This document shows positions 16,078 to 26,753 of a stretch of 64,000 bases of DNA, in pieces; position 1 is the stretch's first letter, and each line of letters starts with the position of its first letter. The stretch lies in assembly GCA_963702895.1 (NCBI GenBank), contig OY969767.1:1100866-1164865 (forward strand), written 5' to 3'. The notes beneath the pieces were generated by a model. It was not told where the DNA came from and did not search any database. It was given only the letters and a program-made list of their open reading frames with translations. Both the position numbers and the translations under genes were made by a program. This DNA is from an uncultured Elusimicrobia bacterium. Its GTDB lineage: Bacteria; Elusimicrobiota; Elusimicrobia; 2-01-FULL-59-12.

Positions 16078-16293
16078 TCAACGGGAGCGCCCGAGATACC
16101 ACGCCCAGAAAGAGCGAATGGAAAGAGGGAGATTGAGAACGGAAAAGTAGCGACGGATGGTCGGCAGCCCCAGCCCTCGGATGTCGCGATCTCCGCCGCG
16201 GACCAGGACACGAGCCACGTACCATCGACGAAATGCCTCGTCTGGCTTTGCGGGTACCGGATAATCCCAAACCAGGGCGGGATTGATTTTCAT
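16078..16293 (-). CDS. Small partner protein (71 aa) upstream of the AbiEii-like NTase, candidate antitoxin/adaptor
   Basis: Stop lies 8 nt before the NTase start. NPALVWDYP...VARVLVRGGDRD...FWAW resembles small proteins I recall next to DUF1814 genes; this is from memory, not verified. Confidence 0.45.
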   Translation of the reverse strand: MKINPALVWDYPVPAKPDEAFRRWYVARVLVRGGDRDIRGLGLPTIRRYFSVLNLPLSIRSFWAWYLGRSR

Positions 16294-16331
16294 GGATGCT
16301 CATAGTGTAAACCGTCGCAGGAACCGGGTCA

Positions 16332-16361
16332 AGGAGTGTTTTCTCCAGGAGTGTTTTCTCT
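16332..16361. promoter_or_regulatory. Perfect 14/15-nt tandem duplication in a divergent promoter region, candidate operator
   Basis: aggagtgttttctcc aggagtgttttctct lies 39-68 nt upstream of the 16293 start and 27 nt upstream of the 16388 start. Confidence 0.35.
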
Positions 16362-16387
16362 GGAAGCCCGCTGAAGTCCATGGTGAT

Positions 16388-17356
16388 ATGAAAATGGTAT
16401 TCTCATCGCGCATCATGAACGGGCTCCTCCCCAGCGTCCTTCTGCTGCTCGCGATGCTCTTGGTCTTCGCCGCGGGGTCGCGGCTCTGCTCGCCCCGGCA
16501 TTCCAGGATCGGCGGGATCGGCGCTGTCCTTCTGTTTGTCTTCCATCCTCTCCTTTATGCCGCACCCCTGGACGTGTCGCTTTGGGACTGCTTCTTCGTC
16601 ATGCTCTTTACAAGCTCATGGCTGGCCCTGGAACACTGGTCTCAGTTTATGCGGTCCTGGGTGTTGGCCGGTGTTTATGCGTTTGGATTATGGGTGGGGT
16701 CCGCCTATGTCTTGTGGATCCCCGTGGCCATGGTCCCTTGGGTCGTCCTGAGTCGAAGGCCGCGGCAGGCCATCGCGGGTTTTTTCATGATCTTCCTGGG
16801 GGGCATGTTCCTCTTTGGCCTCGGATGGCTCGCCAGCTATGCTCTCAACCCGCTCTTCGACCGGCCCCCCTTCACGCACTGGGTTCGGTGGCACGAACTA
16901 CGATCGACGCCGATCGTCTCACTTCCCTGGGTCCTCTTGACTCTCGCGGCGCTCCTGGACCAGGCTCGGGACACGATTCAAGAGCGGCGCGCGGATGCGG
17001 TCGCCTACATGGCCATTTTGTGTTCGATCACGGTCCTTTTCGGACCGCCTGCGCTGCAGGTTGGCGTGGTGGCCCTGTCTTGTATCCTCATTGTTCGTAT
17101 GTTGGCCAAGCGCGAATTCTTGCTTCAAAGGGCTGTCCGTCGAACGGCGGTGATTTCGGCCCTGATGGTGGTTGGCGTCTCTGCGCTGTGGCCTGGCGAG
17201 TTGTGGGTGTTCATCGCGATGCTAAGCGCAGCGGGGGCGGCCCAACGCTTCCACCGGAGCGCCACCTTCACCTGGCGACTGGCGCTTGAGGCCGCCTGCG
17301 TGGGCGCCTATCTCGCTCGTCCTATCGGAAGCCTCCTCGTACACGCCCTGCATTAG
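16388..17356 (+). CDS. Polytopic integral membrane protein, function unknown
   Basis: About 9 hydrophobic segments. ATG at 16388 (MKMVFSS...). Confidence 0.6.
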   Translation: MKMVFSSRIMNGLLPSVLLLLAMLLVFAAGSRLCSPRHSRIGGIGAVLLFVFHPLLYAAPLDVSLWDCFFVMLFTSSWLALEHWSQFMRSWVLAGVYAFGLWVGSAYVLWIPVAMVPWVVLSRRPRQAIAGFFMIFLGGMFLFGLGWLASYALNPLFDRPPFTHWVRWHELRSTPIVSLPWVLLTLAALLDQARDTIQERRADAVAYMAILCSITVLFGPPALQVGVVALSCILIVRMLAKREFLLQRAVRRTAVISALMVVGVSALWPGELWVFIAMLSAAGAAQRFHRSATFTWRLALEAACVGAYLARPIGSLLVHALH

Positions 17357-17377
17357 CCGGAAATGTTCAGTTATGCC

Positions 17378-17459
17378 GTCACCCCGGCGGTCGTCAGCCG
17401 GGGTCTATCATCGACGTAAAAGACATGATGGATCCCGGCTAACAACACGCCGGGATGAC
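17378..17459. repeat. Two REP-like hairpins of the GTCAYCCCGGC family in opposite orientation
   Basis: gtc accccggc ggtcgtca gccggggt, and atcccggc taacaacac gccgggat gac. Confidence 0.75.
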
Positions 17460-17550
17460 GGCACAAAAAAGTCCCGACGTCTCACTCTGCAAATCACATG
17501 CAACAGAACTTTTCCGGCTAGCCCAAAATCTTAAGTTGCCCATCATCTCC

Positions 17551-17574
17551 CTCTCCCGCCTCACGGCGGGCGAG
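17551..17574. repeat. REP-like hairpin CTCTCCCGCC-TCAC-GGCGGGMGAG; a second copy is at 25843
   Basis: 10-bp stem with 1 mismatch, followed by gggaca as in the 25843 copy. Confidence 0.75.
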
Positions 17575-17610
17575 GGGACAATCATGTCTGGACATCTACG
17601 AAAGTCAGCA

Positions 17611-19266
17611 CTAAGAATAGAAGGGAGCGCGCGCGATCGGCATCCGCCTTCCGGTCCCAAACGCTTTGTTGCTGATCCGGAGTCCCGGAGGGGCTTGCCG
17701 TCGCTTGTATTCACTCGCATCGATGGCCTTTAAGATCTTTTGGACGAGGCTTTTGGCGTATCCCCGGGCAGCGATCTCGTTCACGTCCAGCCCTTCTTCG
17801 ACATAGGCTTCCACGATGGGGTCGAGCACCTCGTAGGGCGGCAGGCTGTCCTGGTCGGTTTGATGGGGACGCAGTTCCGCCGAAGGCGGCTTCGTAAAAC
17901 AGGCTTCCGGGATCCGCTGGCCGCTGCGATTGAGGTAGCGTCCCAGCCGGTAGACCGTGGTCTTGAGCACGTCCGAGATCACCGCGAGCCCGCCATTCAT
18001 GTCGCCATAGAGGGTGCAGTAGCCCATGGAGAGCTCTGATTTATTGCCGGTCGTCAAAAGCAGCATCCCAAATTTGTTGGACAAGGCCATGAGCATCGTC
18101 CCACGGATGCGCGCCTGCAGGTTTTCCTCCGCGACGTTAGGCTTGGCGCCAAGGAAGGCGGGCCTGAGCGACTTCAGGAAGGTGGAAAAGACGGCGTGGA
18201 TGGGAAGGCTCAGCGTCCGAATTCCCAGGCTCTTCGCCAGCTGAAGCGAGTCGACGACGCTCCCTTTCGAGGAATAGGGAGACGGCATGAGCACTCCCAG
18301 GACGTTACGGCTGCCCAGGGCTTCGACGGCGAGCGCGGCGGTGACGCTCGAATCAATGCCTCCGCTCAAGCCGAGAAGGACCTTTCTGAAACCGCATTTT
18401 CTGGCGTAATCGCGCAGTCCCAGAACAAGGGCATCGTGGACATCCTGAATGCTGGGCGGGAAATCGGGGTCCGCGTTCCGAGCGCAAGCCTTCGTGTCGA
18501 TCACGGGGAGGTCCTCCGCGAAGGCTTTGGCCTGGGCCAGGAGGTTGCCTCGAGGGTCGACGGCGAAGCTGCGTCCGTCAAAAATCAATTCGTCGTTGCC
18601 TCCCACTTGGTTCACGAAGAAAAAGGGCTTCTTGAATTTCGCGACATGGTGTCGGACCAGTTCCAGCCGGAGCCTTGATTTGTCATGGTGGAAAGGAGAG
18701 CAGGACAGGTTGATAAACAAATCCACTCCCTTGCGAGCAAGGGCCGCGACAGGGTCCTGCGGGTAGCGCGTCTGAGGCCAAAGGCTCGGGACATGCCACA
18801 TGTCTTCACAGATCTGCACGCCGAGACGGACACCCCGGAAGAAGATCGGTTCGTGGCTTTCGGCCGGAGCGAAATAGCGTGATTCATCAAAAACATCATA
18901 AGCGGGAAGCAGGGTCTTAAAGCGTTTCGCGAGAATTTTCCCGTTCGACAAGAGGGCGGCCGCGTTGTAAAGGACCTTTTTGCCTGGGCGATTGTTCGTA
19001 TCGACATAGCCGACGAGAACGGCCGGATGACGAACGACTTTGGCGAGGTCCTCAAGCGCTTCGAGGTTCTCTTGAATGAAGCTTTTGAGTTCGAGCAAGT
19101 CCCGTGGGGGATACCCCGTGATGCAAAGCTCGGGACAAACCACAAGATCCGCGCCCTTTTTTTGGGCCTGGGCGAGCGCGGCGCGAATTTTGCGAACATT
19201 GCCCTGAATATCTCCCACCACAGGGTTGATTTGGGCGAGCGCGATCTTCATAAAGGGATGAGCCAT
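17611..19266 (-). CDS. nadE: Glutamine-dependent NAD+ synthetase
   Basis: N-terminal nitrilase/CN-hydrolase domain (MKIALAQINPVVGDI). C-terminal synthetase domain with the SGGIDS PP-loop. Confidence 0.9.
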   Translation of the reverse strand: MAHPFMKIALAQINPVVGDIQGNVRKIRAALAQAQKKGADLVVCPELCITGYPPRDLLELKSFIQENLEALEDLAKVVRHPAVLVGYVDTNNRPGKKVLYNAAALLSNGKILAKRFKTLLPAYDVFDESRYFAPAESHEPIFFRGVRLGVQICEDMWHVPSLWPQTRYPQDPVAALARKGVDLFINLSCSPFHHDKSRLRLELVRHHVAKFKKPFFFVNQVGGNDELIFDGRSFAVDPRGNLLAQAKAFAEDLPVIDTKACARNADPDFPPSIQDVHDALVLGLRDYARKCGFRKVLLGLSGGIDSSVTAALAVEALGSRNVLGVLMPSPYSSKGSVVDSLQLAKSLGIRTLSLPIHAVFSTFLKSLRPAFLGAKPNVAEENLQARIRGTMLMALSNKFGMLLLTTGNKSELSMGYCTLYGDMNGGLAVISDVLKTTVYRLGRYLNRSGQRIPEACFTKPPSAELRPHQTDQDSLPPYEVLDPIVEAYVEEGLDVNEIAARGYAKSLVQKILKAIDASEYKRRQAPPGLRISNKAFGTGRRMPIARAPFYS

Positions 19267-19328
19267 TGTACATGTATCGAAATCAAAATTTCTATTGCAA
19301 TGACGCGCAGTTTCCGATAGAAAATATC

Positions 19329-21014
19329 GTGCGTTATTGGATCTGGTGGAACGACTTGCCTCAGGGGCCGTTCGAAATTGATGAGCTCACGTCCCTGAAC
19401 GCTTTCTGTGAAGACATGCTGGTCTGCATGGAAGGCCGCCTGGAATGGATTCCTGCGGGTCGCGTGGCGGACCTCTCTTCCGCGATTGAGCAGGTGCGGG
19501 CCAAGCGCACAGCCCCCAAAGCTCCCCCTCCTTCACCGCCGAGGCGGCCTCCGATTGCGACCCCGCTGCAGGGTGAATTCTTCGGCGAAGCGCCAGCTCA
19601 GCAGTATCTCCTCAAACCGGACGATCAAGAGCGCGGTCCTTATGCGTTTTATCCTGTTACGAGTGAGCCATCGGAAGATGGCTGGGCCTATCGCTATCCT
19701 GGCGTGACCATGCCGATCCATTTTGCCCGACAGCCATCCGCCGCTCCGGCGGTGCTCGATCTCCCTCATCCCGCGCCCGCTCCTGAGCGTATAACGGTTG
19801 TGCCCGTGCCGATCATCAAGGAGTCCCCGGCGCCTAAGATCGCGGAAGTTCAGCCCGTTCCGAAAAAGGAGAATCTCAAAACGCCGATTCCATTAAGCGT
19901 GGTCGAGACGACCCCCGAGCCTCGAGCGGTGCAAGAATCGCCCGTTTTTGTTCTCCCGCCATCCCAAGCTCCAACCTTCGATGAGCCCAGGCCGCAAGAA
20001 AAGAGAATCCGATGGGCACTCTGGGTTCTCACCCCGGTACTTGCGCTGGGGGCCCTCGGAGGGCTGGCCTACTACATGGACCGTGCGACGTCCGAGGAGG
20101 CGATTGAAGAAACCCTTCGGGAGCGCGAGACCAGACCCCCGATTCCGGCCGTGATCCCCACGGTTCCTGCACCCCCGCCGAGTCCGACCAAGAAGGCGGC
20201 ACCCGTGGTCGTGCGTCCTTCCCAGAAGCCGCGTAAGGCCACCGCCCGGAAGGTGAAAGCTGTCCCGCCTCCGCCGGTCAAGACAGCCACACCGGTTTCT
20301 GCGCCGGCTGTCCAAGCGCCTGTCGTGGCGCCCGCCCCGCCCTTGCCAGGCGTCGCGGCAAGTCCGCCGGTCGAAGAAGCGAAAGTGGCCCCTGATCTTT
20401 GGGCGGAGCGTCAGAATGACGCCATCGAGACCGTCATGAATAAATCCATTCCGGGAAGCAAAACCTCCATCAAAGCTCAAGCGCGCGCGATGCTGGACGC
20501 CATGCATCAGCGGGAGCTTCTGCACGCCGCAAAAACGGGCGAACGACTTTATTTGCCGGACAAGATTTCCTGGGCCGCCCTGCGCGAGGAGGGCAGCCAG
20601 TACCGGGTGTATCTCAACTTCATGGCTTGGCAGGCCGGCGGCGAGCGCGTCCAGGCGCGCTCTTATCAGTTTCGTGTCGATCTGAAGAACAAGAACATCC
20701 GGCCTGAGGATGCTTCCACGTTCCAGGACCTCTTCCAGCCGTCGCCGGACTTGAATCTTAAGCACGATCCCATGGCCCTTGATATCGAGTCGATCCTGGG
20801 CGGCGTGGACCATTTCAATAAGCAACGAATGCGCGCGATCATCGTGAAAAACAGCCGGAAAAACAAAACGGAATACTCGGACATTATGAGCTCGCTCTCA
20901 GCGGCCAAAGACAAGATCCACCGGGCTGCCGCGTTCTTCCGTAAGACTTATTCGGATGAGGCCTTGCGCAATGTCGCCAAGGCCTACCAATTCACGGAAC
21001 TGCTCAAGGGCTGA
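19329..21014 (+). CDS. GYF_2 (DUF4339)-type N-terminal domain protein with a proline-rich linker and one TM segment
   Basis: VRYWIWWNDLPQGPFEIDEL parallels the next gene. GTG at 19329 is preferred over ATG 19266. TM segment WALWVLTPVLALGALGGLAYY. Confidence 0.6.
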   Translation: MRYWIWWNDLPQGPFEIDELTSLNAFCEDMLVCMEGRLEWIPAGRVADLSSAIEQVRAKRTAPKAPPPSPPRRPPIATPLQGEFFGEAPAQQYLLKPDDQERGPYAFYPVTSEPSEDGWAYRYPGVTMPIHFARQPSAAPAVLDLPHPAPAPERITVVPVPIIKESPAPKIAEVQPVPKKENLKTPIPLSVVETTPEPRAVQESPVFVLPPSQAPTFDEPRPQEKRIRWALWVLTPVLALGALGGLAYYMDRATSEEAIEETLRERETRPPIPAVIPTVPAPPPSPTKKAAPVVVRPSQKPRKATARKVKAVPPPPVKTATPVSAPAVQAPVVAPAPPLPGVAASPPVEEAKVAPDLWAERQNDAIETVMNKSIPGSKTSIKAQARAMLDAMHQRELLHAAKTGERLYLPDKISWAALREEGSQYRVYLNFMAWQAGGERVQARSYQFRVDLKNKNIRPEDASTFQDLFQPSPDLNLKHDPMALDIESILGGVDHFNKQRMRAIIVKNSRKNKTEYSDIMSSLSAAKDKIHRAAAFFRKTYSDEALRNVAKAYQFTELLKG

Positions 21015-21015
21015 A

Positions 21016-22164
21016 ATGGCACGCTACTGGATGTATCTGGAAGATCATGTGGAAGGCCCTTTTGCCGTCGAGCAACTCATTCGTCAGCGTGGGTTCTCGC
21101 GTCAGACGCTCGTGTGTGTCGAAGACGCCTCCGGACAGCCGCAGAACTGGATCTCCCCCGCGGACATTCCTGAGCTTGCTCATATCTTTAAAGCGATCGA
21201 TGAACACGCCGCGGACGTGCTCCCTTCATCGCCCAAAGCATCCACGAAAAAACTGCCGCAGGCGCGTCGGCCGTTTACGCCCGCGGTCACTCTGAAACGA
21301 TCCAGCCGGTTTAACGCCGTCTTCTGGGGATGGGTCACCCTCTTGGTGCTCTTGGCTGGAGGCGGCGGTATCACCTGGCTGGTCCAATCTCGCCGTGTCG
21401 CGGAACTCGAGGAGCAGCAGCACGTCAAGCGTCTCATTGAAAATGTTCGTCTGTCGGGTTCCAGTTCCTATGGGACCCTGGGCCAGTATCTGCAGGAAAA
21501 AGTCATGGACCCGCGTTGGGAATTTGAAGAGAAGGTTGAAGGCCTCTACAGGGCCTCCGTGTCCTGGTATGGCCAAGGGCCCGCTGGGGCCGCGAGAAGT
21601 CTTGAGGTTTATGCGTTCGAAGTGAACACGCAGGCGCAGATCGTGCGGGCCCTGAACAGTGCTGCCGCGAAGCTGATTTCCGGGTCGCTCGCCGGCCCTC
21701 CCGGTACCAGCAGCCCCAAGAAAGCATCGAAAGTCCAGCCGCCTCCTTCGTTCGAGGAGGCAATCGACCGTCAATTGGACGCCTTGAGCGCGGGTGATTA
21801 TCAGACCGTTTGGGACAGTTTCAGCAAGCGCAAGAAAGCGGAGATGCTCCGCGCCGGCATGAGTCGGGAAGGGTTTATTCGCCTTCAGACGCTGACACAC
21901 CGGCTCGAGTCGGGTGCCCGTACGTCACTGATCAAGACCAAAGAAGAATCTGCCGCCGAACGCCTGGTCCTGCTCAAAGAGAGCTCTCCGGGGAGAGCCG
22001 ATATCTTTATCAAACAGCTTTGGGTCATGGATGGGGGCGATTGGAAGCTCGATGATGAGCAAAAACGCAGCGCTGTGCCCACAGAACCGACGGAAGTGAG
22101 CACGCCCACCCCTGTTCAGAAGGAGCCCGCCACGCGCGTCCTCCTGCCGGGGATGTCGAATTAA
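21016..22164 (+). CDS. GYF_2 (DUF4339)-type N-terminal domain protein with one TM segment, paralogous architecture
   Basis: MARYWMYLEDHVEGPFAVEQLI. ATG lies 1 nt after the previous stop. TM segment VFWGWVTLLVLLAGGGGITWLV. Confidence 0.65.
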   Translation: MARYWMYLEDHVEGPFAVEQLIRQRGFSRQTLVCVEDASGQPQNWISPADIPELAHIFKAIDEHAADVLPSSPKASTKKLPQARRPFTPAVTLKRSSRFNAVFWGWVTLLVLLAGGGGITWLVQSRRVAELEEQQHVKRLIENVRLSGSSSYGTLGQYLQEKVMDPRWEFEEKVEGLYRASVSWYGQGPAGAARSLEVYAFEVNTQAQIVRALNSAAAKLISGSLAGPPGTSSPKKASKVQPPPSFEEAIDRQLDALSAGDYQTVWDSFSKRKKAEMLRAGMSREGFIRLQTLTHRLESGARTSLIKTKEESAAERLVLLKESSPGRADIFIKQLWVMDGGDWKLDDEQKRSAVPTEPTEVSTPTPVQKEPATRVLLPGMSN

Positions 22165-22177
22165 CTTCTCCACCAAA

Positions 22178-23596
22178 ATGCGGTATGATTCCTCCGTGCG
22201 ACCCCCACCGGTCCTCATGAAGATCAAACCTTTTTTTCAAAGCATCCTGGAAAGGAAACGCCCCTATGCCGAGGCGGTCGGCCGGTTTTGGGATGCGCTC
22301 CGCATTCAAGCGAAGCTCTCGGTGATCTTGACCGGCATGATCCTCATCCTGACTTCCTTTTTCTATGCGTTTGCGTTGTACCAGACGACCCGGGAGATCA
22401 AGATCAGCGCCATCCACAAGGGCGAGGCTGTCGCGGAAGCCTTAAAGGATGAGGTGGCTTATGTCCTTTTGTCTGGCAACTTTCCTGCCCTCAATTATTC
22501 TTTCAAACGCCTGTCCTCCACGCGTCATGATATCGCCTATGTTTATCTGCTCAACCCCAACGGTCGGATCCTCTCCCACTCGGATGCGAACTATCTAGGT
22601 CGGTCTTTCAAAGACCGTGCGATTCAAGAGAGCCTTCTTGATCCGAATACGCGAGTGAGATTCCAGCGGACGAGGTCCACCCCCGACGGACGGTTGGTGG
22701 ATCTCTGTGATGTTTCCGTGCCGATCTACTCGCGCGGACATCGTTCAGGGACCTTGCACATCGGTCTTTCCTTGAGCCAATCCCTGGCCGCCAACGCGCC
22801 GCGTATCCGGGCGAAAATCGCTTGGTTTATTATTCCCTTTTCATTCTTTGCGGTGCTTCTGGCCATACGCCTGGCGCACTCCTTCACGAAACCGCTGCAG
22901 GAGTTGGCCCGCGGTGCGACGGAGGTGAGCAAGGGCAACTACGCCGTGAAGCTGTCCCTGGAACGAAAAGATGAGCTGGGAGAAGTGGCTCAAGCTTTTA
23001 ACACCATGGCGGCCAACCTGAAAGAAAACTTTGACAAGGTTTCGGATATGGCCAACCGCGATGGGTTGACCGGCCTCTATAATTCAAGGTTCTTCCGAGA
23101 GGCGCTGGCGCGAGAGCTTGAGCGTGTTAAACGAACGAGCCGCCCCTTCTCACTTTTGCTCATGGACGGAGACAAGTTTAAGCGGATCAATGACCGCTAT
23201 GGCCACCCCACAGGGGACCTGGTCCTGCAACACATCAGCCGGGTCGCGCGCTCGGTGCTGCGCGGGTACGATACCCTCGCGCGCTACGGCGGCGAAGAGT
23301 TTATTGCGATGCTGCCAGACGCGACGGGTTCACAGGCCCTCCTTTTGGCTGAGCGTCTGCGCCAGGCCATCGAACACAAGCCGCTCGTGACAGAAAACGG
23401 TACGATGATTCGTCTCACCATCAGCATCGGTGTGGCACAGGCGAGGGCCCCCTACGAAGGCAAGGAGCTCATCACCCAGGCCGATCAAGCCCTCTATCGG
23501 GCCAAAGAGTCTGGTCGGAACCGGGTCCTCCTTTATAAGGCGATCGACCGTCAGGAGTCTCTTCCGTCCAAATCCCCGGTTCAGACTTATCTATAA
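22178..23596 (+). CDS. Diguanylate cyclase with a membrane sensor region and HAMP domain
   Basis: RYGGEEFIAMLP (GGEEF). HAMP-like LQELARGATEVSKGNYAVKL. Start is 22178 or 22217. Confidence 0.85.
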   Translation: MRYDSSVRPPPVLMKIKPFFQSILERKRPYAEAVGRFWDALRIQAKLSVILTGMILILTSFFYAFALYQTTREIKISAIHKGEAVAEALKDEVAYVLLSGNFPALNYSFKRLSSTRHDIAYVYLLNPNGRILSHSDANYLGRSFKDRAIQESLLDPNTRVRFQRTRSTPDGRLVDLCDVSVPIYSRGHRSGTLHIGLSLSQSLAANAPRIRAKIAWFIIPFSFFAVLLAIRLAHSFTKPLQELARGATEVSKGNYAVKLSLERKDELGEVAQAFNTMAANLKENFDKVSDMANRDGLTGLYNSRFFREALARELERVKRTSRPFSLLLMDGDKFKRINDRYGHPTGDLVLQHISRVARSVLRGYDTLARYGGEEFIAMLPDATGSQALLLAERLRQAIEHKPLVTENGTMIRLTISIGVAQARAPYEGKELITQADQALYRAKESGRNRVLLYKAIDRQESLPSKSPVQTYL

Positions 23597-23625
23597 AATG
23601 TATTGAAATCTGCGGTCCTACGGCT

Positions 23626-24507
23626 ATGCTAGAAGCAATGAGAGATCACTTGATGGTTCGTAAAGGATTTTTGGTCGGCGCCCTCCTCGGGTTCTCGGTC
23701 GCAGGCTCTTTGCTTTGGGGAATACCCGCCGTGGCGACGTTTTTCCCCCACCCTGAAACGGACCCTGTGATTCCTGGCTCTTCGATGATGCCCGTGGTAC
23801 GGGACGCGATGCCGCCGGAGCTCATCTGGTTTTTCATTCAGTACCCCTATCTTTCGGCACAGAGCACATGGCGCGCCAAAAACCATCATACGTTCATCAT
23901 TTCCGACAGCCAGAGGCAAAAGGAGTATGTGGTGAACTTGGGGCAGCGTTATCGGAGGGTCGAGATTTACAGCAAGGGGTCTAAAAAAACCCAAATCCAC
24001 ATCTATAAACCCGGTTCCCGGCGCACGGTCCTTCTCTCGGACGGACTCATCGCCAGCGACGGATCGAGCGTCGAATCCAACCTGTGGATGTGGAAGTCTC
24101 CCTTATGGAACAGGCGCCATCTTCAGATCTACAGCCAAGCCGACCGATGGCTGGATTCCCCCTTTAAACGCTATTCCTGCGCGGGTTTTGTGCACCGCTT
24201 TTTAAAAGACGCCCAAGTCCGTGTGCCTGTGCTTGACGCGTGGGACATGGCACGACTTCCATGGGTGCGGGTGCCGGTCCAGGAGCTTGAACCCGGCGAT
24301 ATCATCACGCTCAAGGCCGCGTCTGCTCAACACCGCCGCTTTTGGGGCCACAGCGTGACCCATGTCGGCGTCTACGTCGGAAACGGAAAATTCATCCACG
24401 CGGCGACCCCTTCCCGAAAATCCAAGCGTTCCTGGATCCGGGTCGCCGAGCTCCAGGACTTCCACCGTCGCCTTGACAAGATCATTCGCCCCCCCGACCT
24501 CCTCTAA
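23626..24507 (+). CDS. NlpC/P60 (C40) family peptidase
   Basis: YSCAGFVHRFL (catalytic Cys) and HVGVYVGNGKFIHA (His). Confidence 0.75.
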   Translation: MLEAMRDHLMVRKGFLVGALLGFSVAGSLLWGIPAVATFFPHPETDPVIPGSSMMPVVRDAMPPELIWFFIQYPYLSAQSTWRAKNHHTFIISDSQRQKEYVVNLGQRYRRVEIYSKGSKKTQIHIYKPGSRRTVLLSDGLIASDGSSVESNLWMWKSPLWNRRHLQIYSQADRWLDSPFKRYSCAGFVHRFLKDAQVRVPVLDAWDMARLPWVRVPVQELEPGDIITLKAASAQHRRFWGHSVTHVGVYVGNGKFIHAATPSRKSKRSWIRVAELQDFHRRLDKIIRPPDLL

Positions 24508-24530
24508 AAACAAACGGCGTACGGCGAAAA

Positions 24531-24566
24531 TAGAGAATAGACAATAGCTCTATTCTCTATTGTCTA
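24531..24566. other. AT-rich imperfect palindrome just downstream of the NlpC/P60 stop
   Basis: tagagaatagacaatag / ctattctctattgtcta, 15/17 complementary by eye. No T-tract follows. Confidence 0.35.
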
Positions 24567-24596
24567 CGTTAGCCCTAAATCTTTGGTTCGGCGTAA

Positions 24597-25842
<1,246 letters not shown>

Positions 25843-25872
25843 CTCTCCCGCCTCACGGCGGGAGAGGGGACA
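25843..25872. repeat. REP-like hairpin CTCTCCCGCC-TCAC-GGCGGGAGAG, perfect 10-bp stem
   Basis: Same element as 17551-17574, including the trailing gggaca. Confidence 0.8.
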
Positions 25873-25923
25873 AGAAAGTGCGGCCGATTCAGACGGCAGG
25901 ACCTCGCCAACGGAAGATTGGGG

Positions 25924-26337
25924 TTAGCCGTTGGGTTTATGGGCGATGACGCGCAGGGAAATCGCTTTAAGCAATTTGTCGTTGGCAAGAATTTCGATGG
26001 AATAATGGCCTTCCGAGGCAAACGGAACGTTAAAGAAACGAAGGGGAAGCATGACCGCCTGTTTCCAGCCAGCGGGAGACCCGGGGGCCTTGGGAACTTT
26101 GAGCTCACCCTTGGCGGACGCGATGTGCTTGCCATCTGCGTCTAAGAGAAGGATCTGGAGCTCATGTCTGCGGTCCAAATCGTTCGGGCTCAGCAGCAGC
26201 CGCACCACCACCGCCAACGCGGGGTGCGTGGCCGGGCATGACGCGACGTTGATGGTGTCAAAGGCCCCCCCCAAGACAAAAAGTTTTCCCATCGCCACAT
26301 CCGCGGCATCGGCAAGAAAAGCGAAATCAAGTTCCAT
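25924..26337 (-). CDS. Hypothetical protein (137 aa), last gene of the ECF-sigma operon
   Basis: Non-repetitive ORF. Its ATG overlaps the upstream stop (TAATG). No motif recognised. Confidence 0.6.
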   Translation of the reverse strand: MELDFAFLADAADVAMGKLFVLGGAFDTINVASCPATHPALAVVVRLLLSPNDLDRRHELQILLLDADGKHIASAKGELKVPKAPGSPAGWKQAVMLPLRFFNVPFASEGHYSIEILANDKLLKAISLRVIAHKPNG

Positions 26338-26753
26338 TAGAGAGGGACTCGTTTCTTCGGTCGTGTGTCGGGGATGGGCCGAGCGTCTTCCGGGATGTTC
26401 GGGTGGCGATCATGAAAGCGCTGGTGCATCTTTTCAAAGGTCGTCAGCTGCTCGGGTGAAAGGATCGCCCGAATCCCCTTGATCGTCTTCCGATGGAGGA
26501 GCGCCAGTTCCCAAGCCACCTCTTCATTGAGCCGTCGTGTCTGAGCGTTGGTCTCTTCGAGAGTCTGCCGGAGGGACTTCTCCTGTTCAGGCGACAGACC
26601 GAGCTTCGCCGACATTCTTTGAATCCGCCGCTCGGAGTAAGTCGATGAGGAAGAGCCAAAAGGACGGTGATGCCGCCGAGGAAAGAGAGACCCGGCAAGA
26701 ACGCCGACCCCCAACATGATCAGGAGCATCACGATCGCTTTTGCTTTACCCAT
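26337..26753 (-). CDS. Periplasmic Spy/CpxP/ZraP-like protein (LTxxQ-type repeats)
   Basis: Signal anchor MGKAKAIVMLLIMLGVGVLAG. LSPEQEKSL and LSPEQLTTF motifs. ATG at 26753. Confidence 0.6.
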   Translation of the reverse strand: MGKAKAIVMLLIMLGVGVLAGSLFPRRHHRPFGSSSSTYSERRIQRMSAKLGLSPEQEKSLRQTLEETNAQTRRLNEEVAWELALLHRKTIKGIRAILSPEQLTTFEKMHQRFHDRHPNIPEDARPIPDTRPKKRVPL

